Assembly (NCBI GenBank): GCA_000165345.1
Contig: CM000436.1
Location: 832,001-896,000, forward strand
DNA length: 64,000 nucleotides
Direction of reading: 5' to 3'
The notes under the pieces are model-generated. The model saw only the letters and a program-made list of their open reading frames with translations, had not been told where the DNA came from and ran no database searches. The position numbers and the translations under genes were made by a program. Positions 63,901 to 64,000 of the stretch are shown here, piece after piece (position 1 is the first letter of the stretch; every line of letters begins with the position of its first letter).

Positions 63901-64000
63901 GTTATAGTCGGCTCAGCATCATGCAATAATGTTTTCTCAATATTATCAATTAGTTTAATATCCTCCTCACAAAAACCGACAATTCCTCTTTTAGTTGGAG
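60960..64000 (-). CDS. large modular Cys-rich / Thr-rich mucin-like protein, 5'-partial (open frame continues past window end)
   Basis: The frame stays open to position 64000. The track start at 63926 is a TTG. N to C, the protein has an acidic/coiled region, then about 330 aa of hexad C-x2-G-x-C repeats (GECKPGKCVGGSCHSGSC...), then about 25 (T5-R-[PS]) units, then KRPESRKPESKIPESRKPESKRPESK, then the tail CNCSSGRCGKCSCAGSACAYGCAYGCSMGCGGKGG. Confidence 0.7.
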   Translation of the reverse strand, partial: PTKRGIVGFCEEDIKLIDNIEKTLLHDAEPTITSLPDTEAKKVYSQVLLYMKSLCKTQREKLSNLSASVSDLSLDDEVNESISTRAFVIAKEDDILVSTTFMLIAHASPSPIPGKSPKTPRNLDDLKNHLKEQRSLIESQLDYIERNHGRIDKIPMLYQRQHAQRTREKLVSDIKQELDVFEDLFEELSTANEVTDEIFSKVESQSQNIDEINASSLALGYHIDKYSPLLPRWARDQTKDPFIVESDGSYGVIMSEPNKDLLDFHKSVVVKRAEDGDKEAERALYILRTAVSVLEHRERTTNYSALQFFTTLESKAMGTLSKPSMVVDPNADFSTNEVESDVDDSSAREPSPVVTPNRKLAEATSDIEEDDDEMPNVQEILDPQVSTPEEILSKVATGKAYTPAQCASISCLSGPSCISNKDGSPKMCYKATCVKKDCNHIAIHMVDCSDAKCEKGSCKCGNCVGGECKPGKCVGGSCHSGSCSSTKCVGCTTEVPRLEGCVARPAHCTGGSCSPARVRGARCVKHEILPNHHCAKEECSKGECVKGECKKGKCVAGDCSHRCYCDECVAPRCQPGSCTPGTCTTGSCNVGESQTGCEKGSCKGGYCVGPKCNGNEYDGFKCKGSECTPAKCHPSCNGCSCTTAKCTGGECTPARCVGGKCGRVHCDGCSSSLCHLEGAKCVPARCRGVKAIPARIVGYDGRAVGSCSNNYYKSHCAGKPNCKKPDHCVREKPEEVCTAPSCKNPGCKGTNCDGSKCKGSECVRPSTTTTTRFTTTTTTRSTTTTTRPTTTTRPTTTTTTTTRPTTTTTRSTTTTTRSTTTTTRSTTTTTRPTTTTTRPTTTTTRSTTTTTRPTTTTTRPTTTTTRPTTTTTRPTTTTTTTTTTTRYVTTSLRTSTTTVSSPISTGPSRRILAQVPDLGSEKVVGSGRPESKRPESRKPESKIPESRKPESKRPESKSNSCNCSSGRCGKCSCAGSACAYGCAYGCSMGCGGKGGSSSSPVRLASEAENNID
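61128..61226. repeat. 15-nt tandem repeat (agattctggtNtcYt) about 6.5 copies, coding (RPESK)n on the minus strand
   Basis: The sequence is ttagattctggtctcttagattctggtttcctagattctggtatcttagattctggtttcctagattctggcctcttagattctggtctcc. Confidence 0.8.
61322..61705. repeat. 18-21-nt tandem minisatellite (ggtaggtcttgtagtagtagt / ggtagatctcgtagtagtagt variants), coding for (TTTTTR[PS])n on the minus strand
   Basis: About 20 near-identical head-to-tail units are visible directly. They are read as Thr5-Arg-Pro/Ser in the gene frame. The other frames produce the spurious VVVVVG and YYYH track ORFs. Confidence 0.85.

Overview
This 64-kb window is a compact, AT-rich (about 70% AT) stretch of eukaryotic nuclear chromosome, not a prokaryotic locus. 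Several features point to an apicomplexan, most consistent with a Cryptosporidium-like genome, though I cannot prove this without a database search. These are a density of about one gene per 2 kb on both strands, short GTAAGT...AG introns of 42-216 nt, an ApiAP2 transcription factor, an EF-hand/PIP5K fusion, a secreted cysteine protein with oocyst-wall-protein-like CP-x-G repeats, and a bacterial-type M1 aminopeptidase. I count roughly 33 protein-coding genes, mostly housekeeping: nuclear transport, translation, ribosome biogenesis, splicing, chaperone, lipid kinase, kinesin-13. Five of the 33 are multi-exon genes that the six-frame ORF track misses or truncates, three of them only 104-129 aa: MED10, an SSSCA1/p27-like protein, PTRHD1, a TM/Cys-His protein, and the SRSF1-like gene, which needs a 25-nt first exon. 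I found no rRNA, tRNA, transposon, CRISPR array or prokaryote-style defence island. The most unusual object is the partial gene at the right edge (60960 to beyond 64000, minus strand). It is a modular protein with about 330 aa of C-x2-G-x-C hexad repeats, about 25 tandem (T5-R-P/S) mucin-like units, an (RPESK)n block and a Cys/Gly-rich tail. Both repeat blocks are perfect DNA minisatellites. Other points of interest are a divergent RRP12/Brix ribosome-biogenesis gene pair that shares a 370-bp promoter containing a GC-rich palindrome, canonical E2F-type motifs upstream of kinesin-13 and RPL34, and two convergent genes whose stop codons are only 2 nt apart. All functional calls rest on my reading of the translated ORFs against remembered family signatures. 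No search was run.
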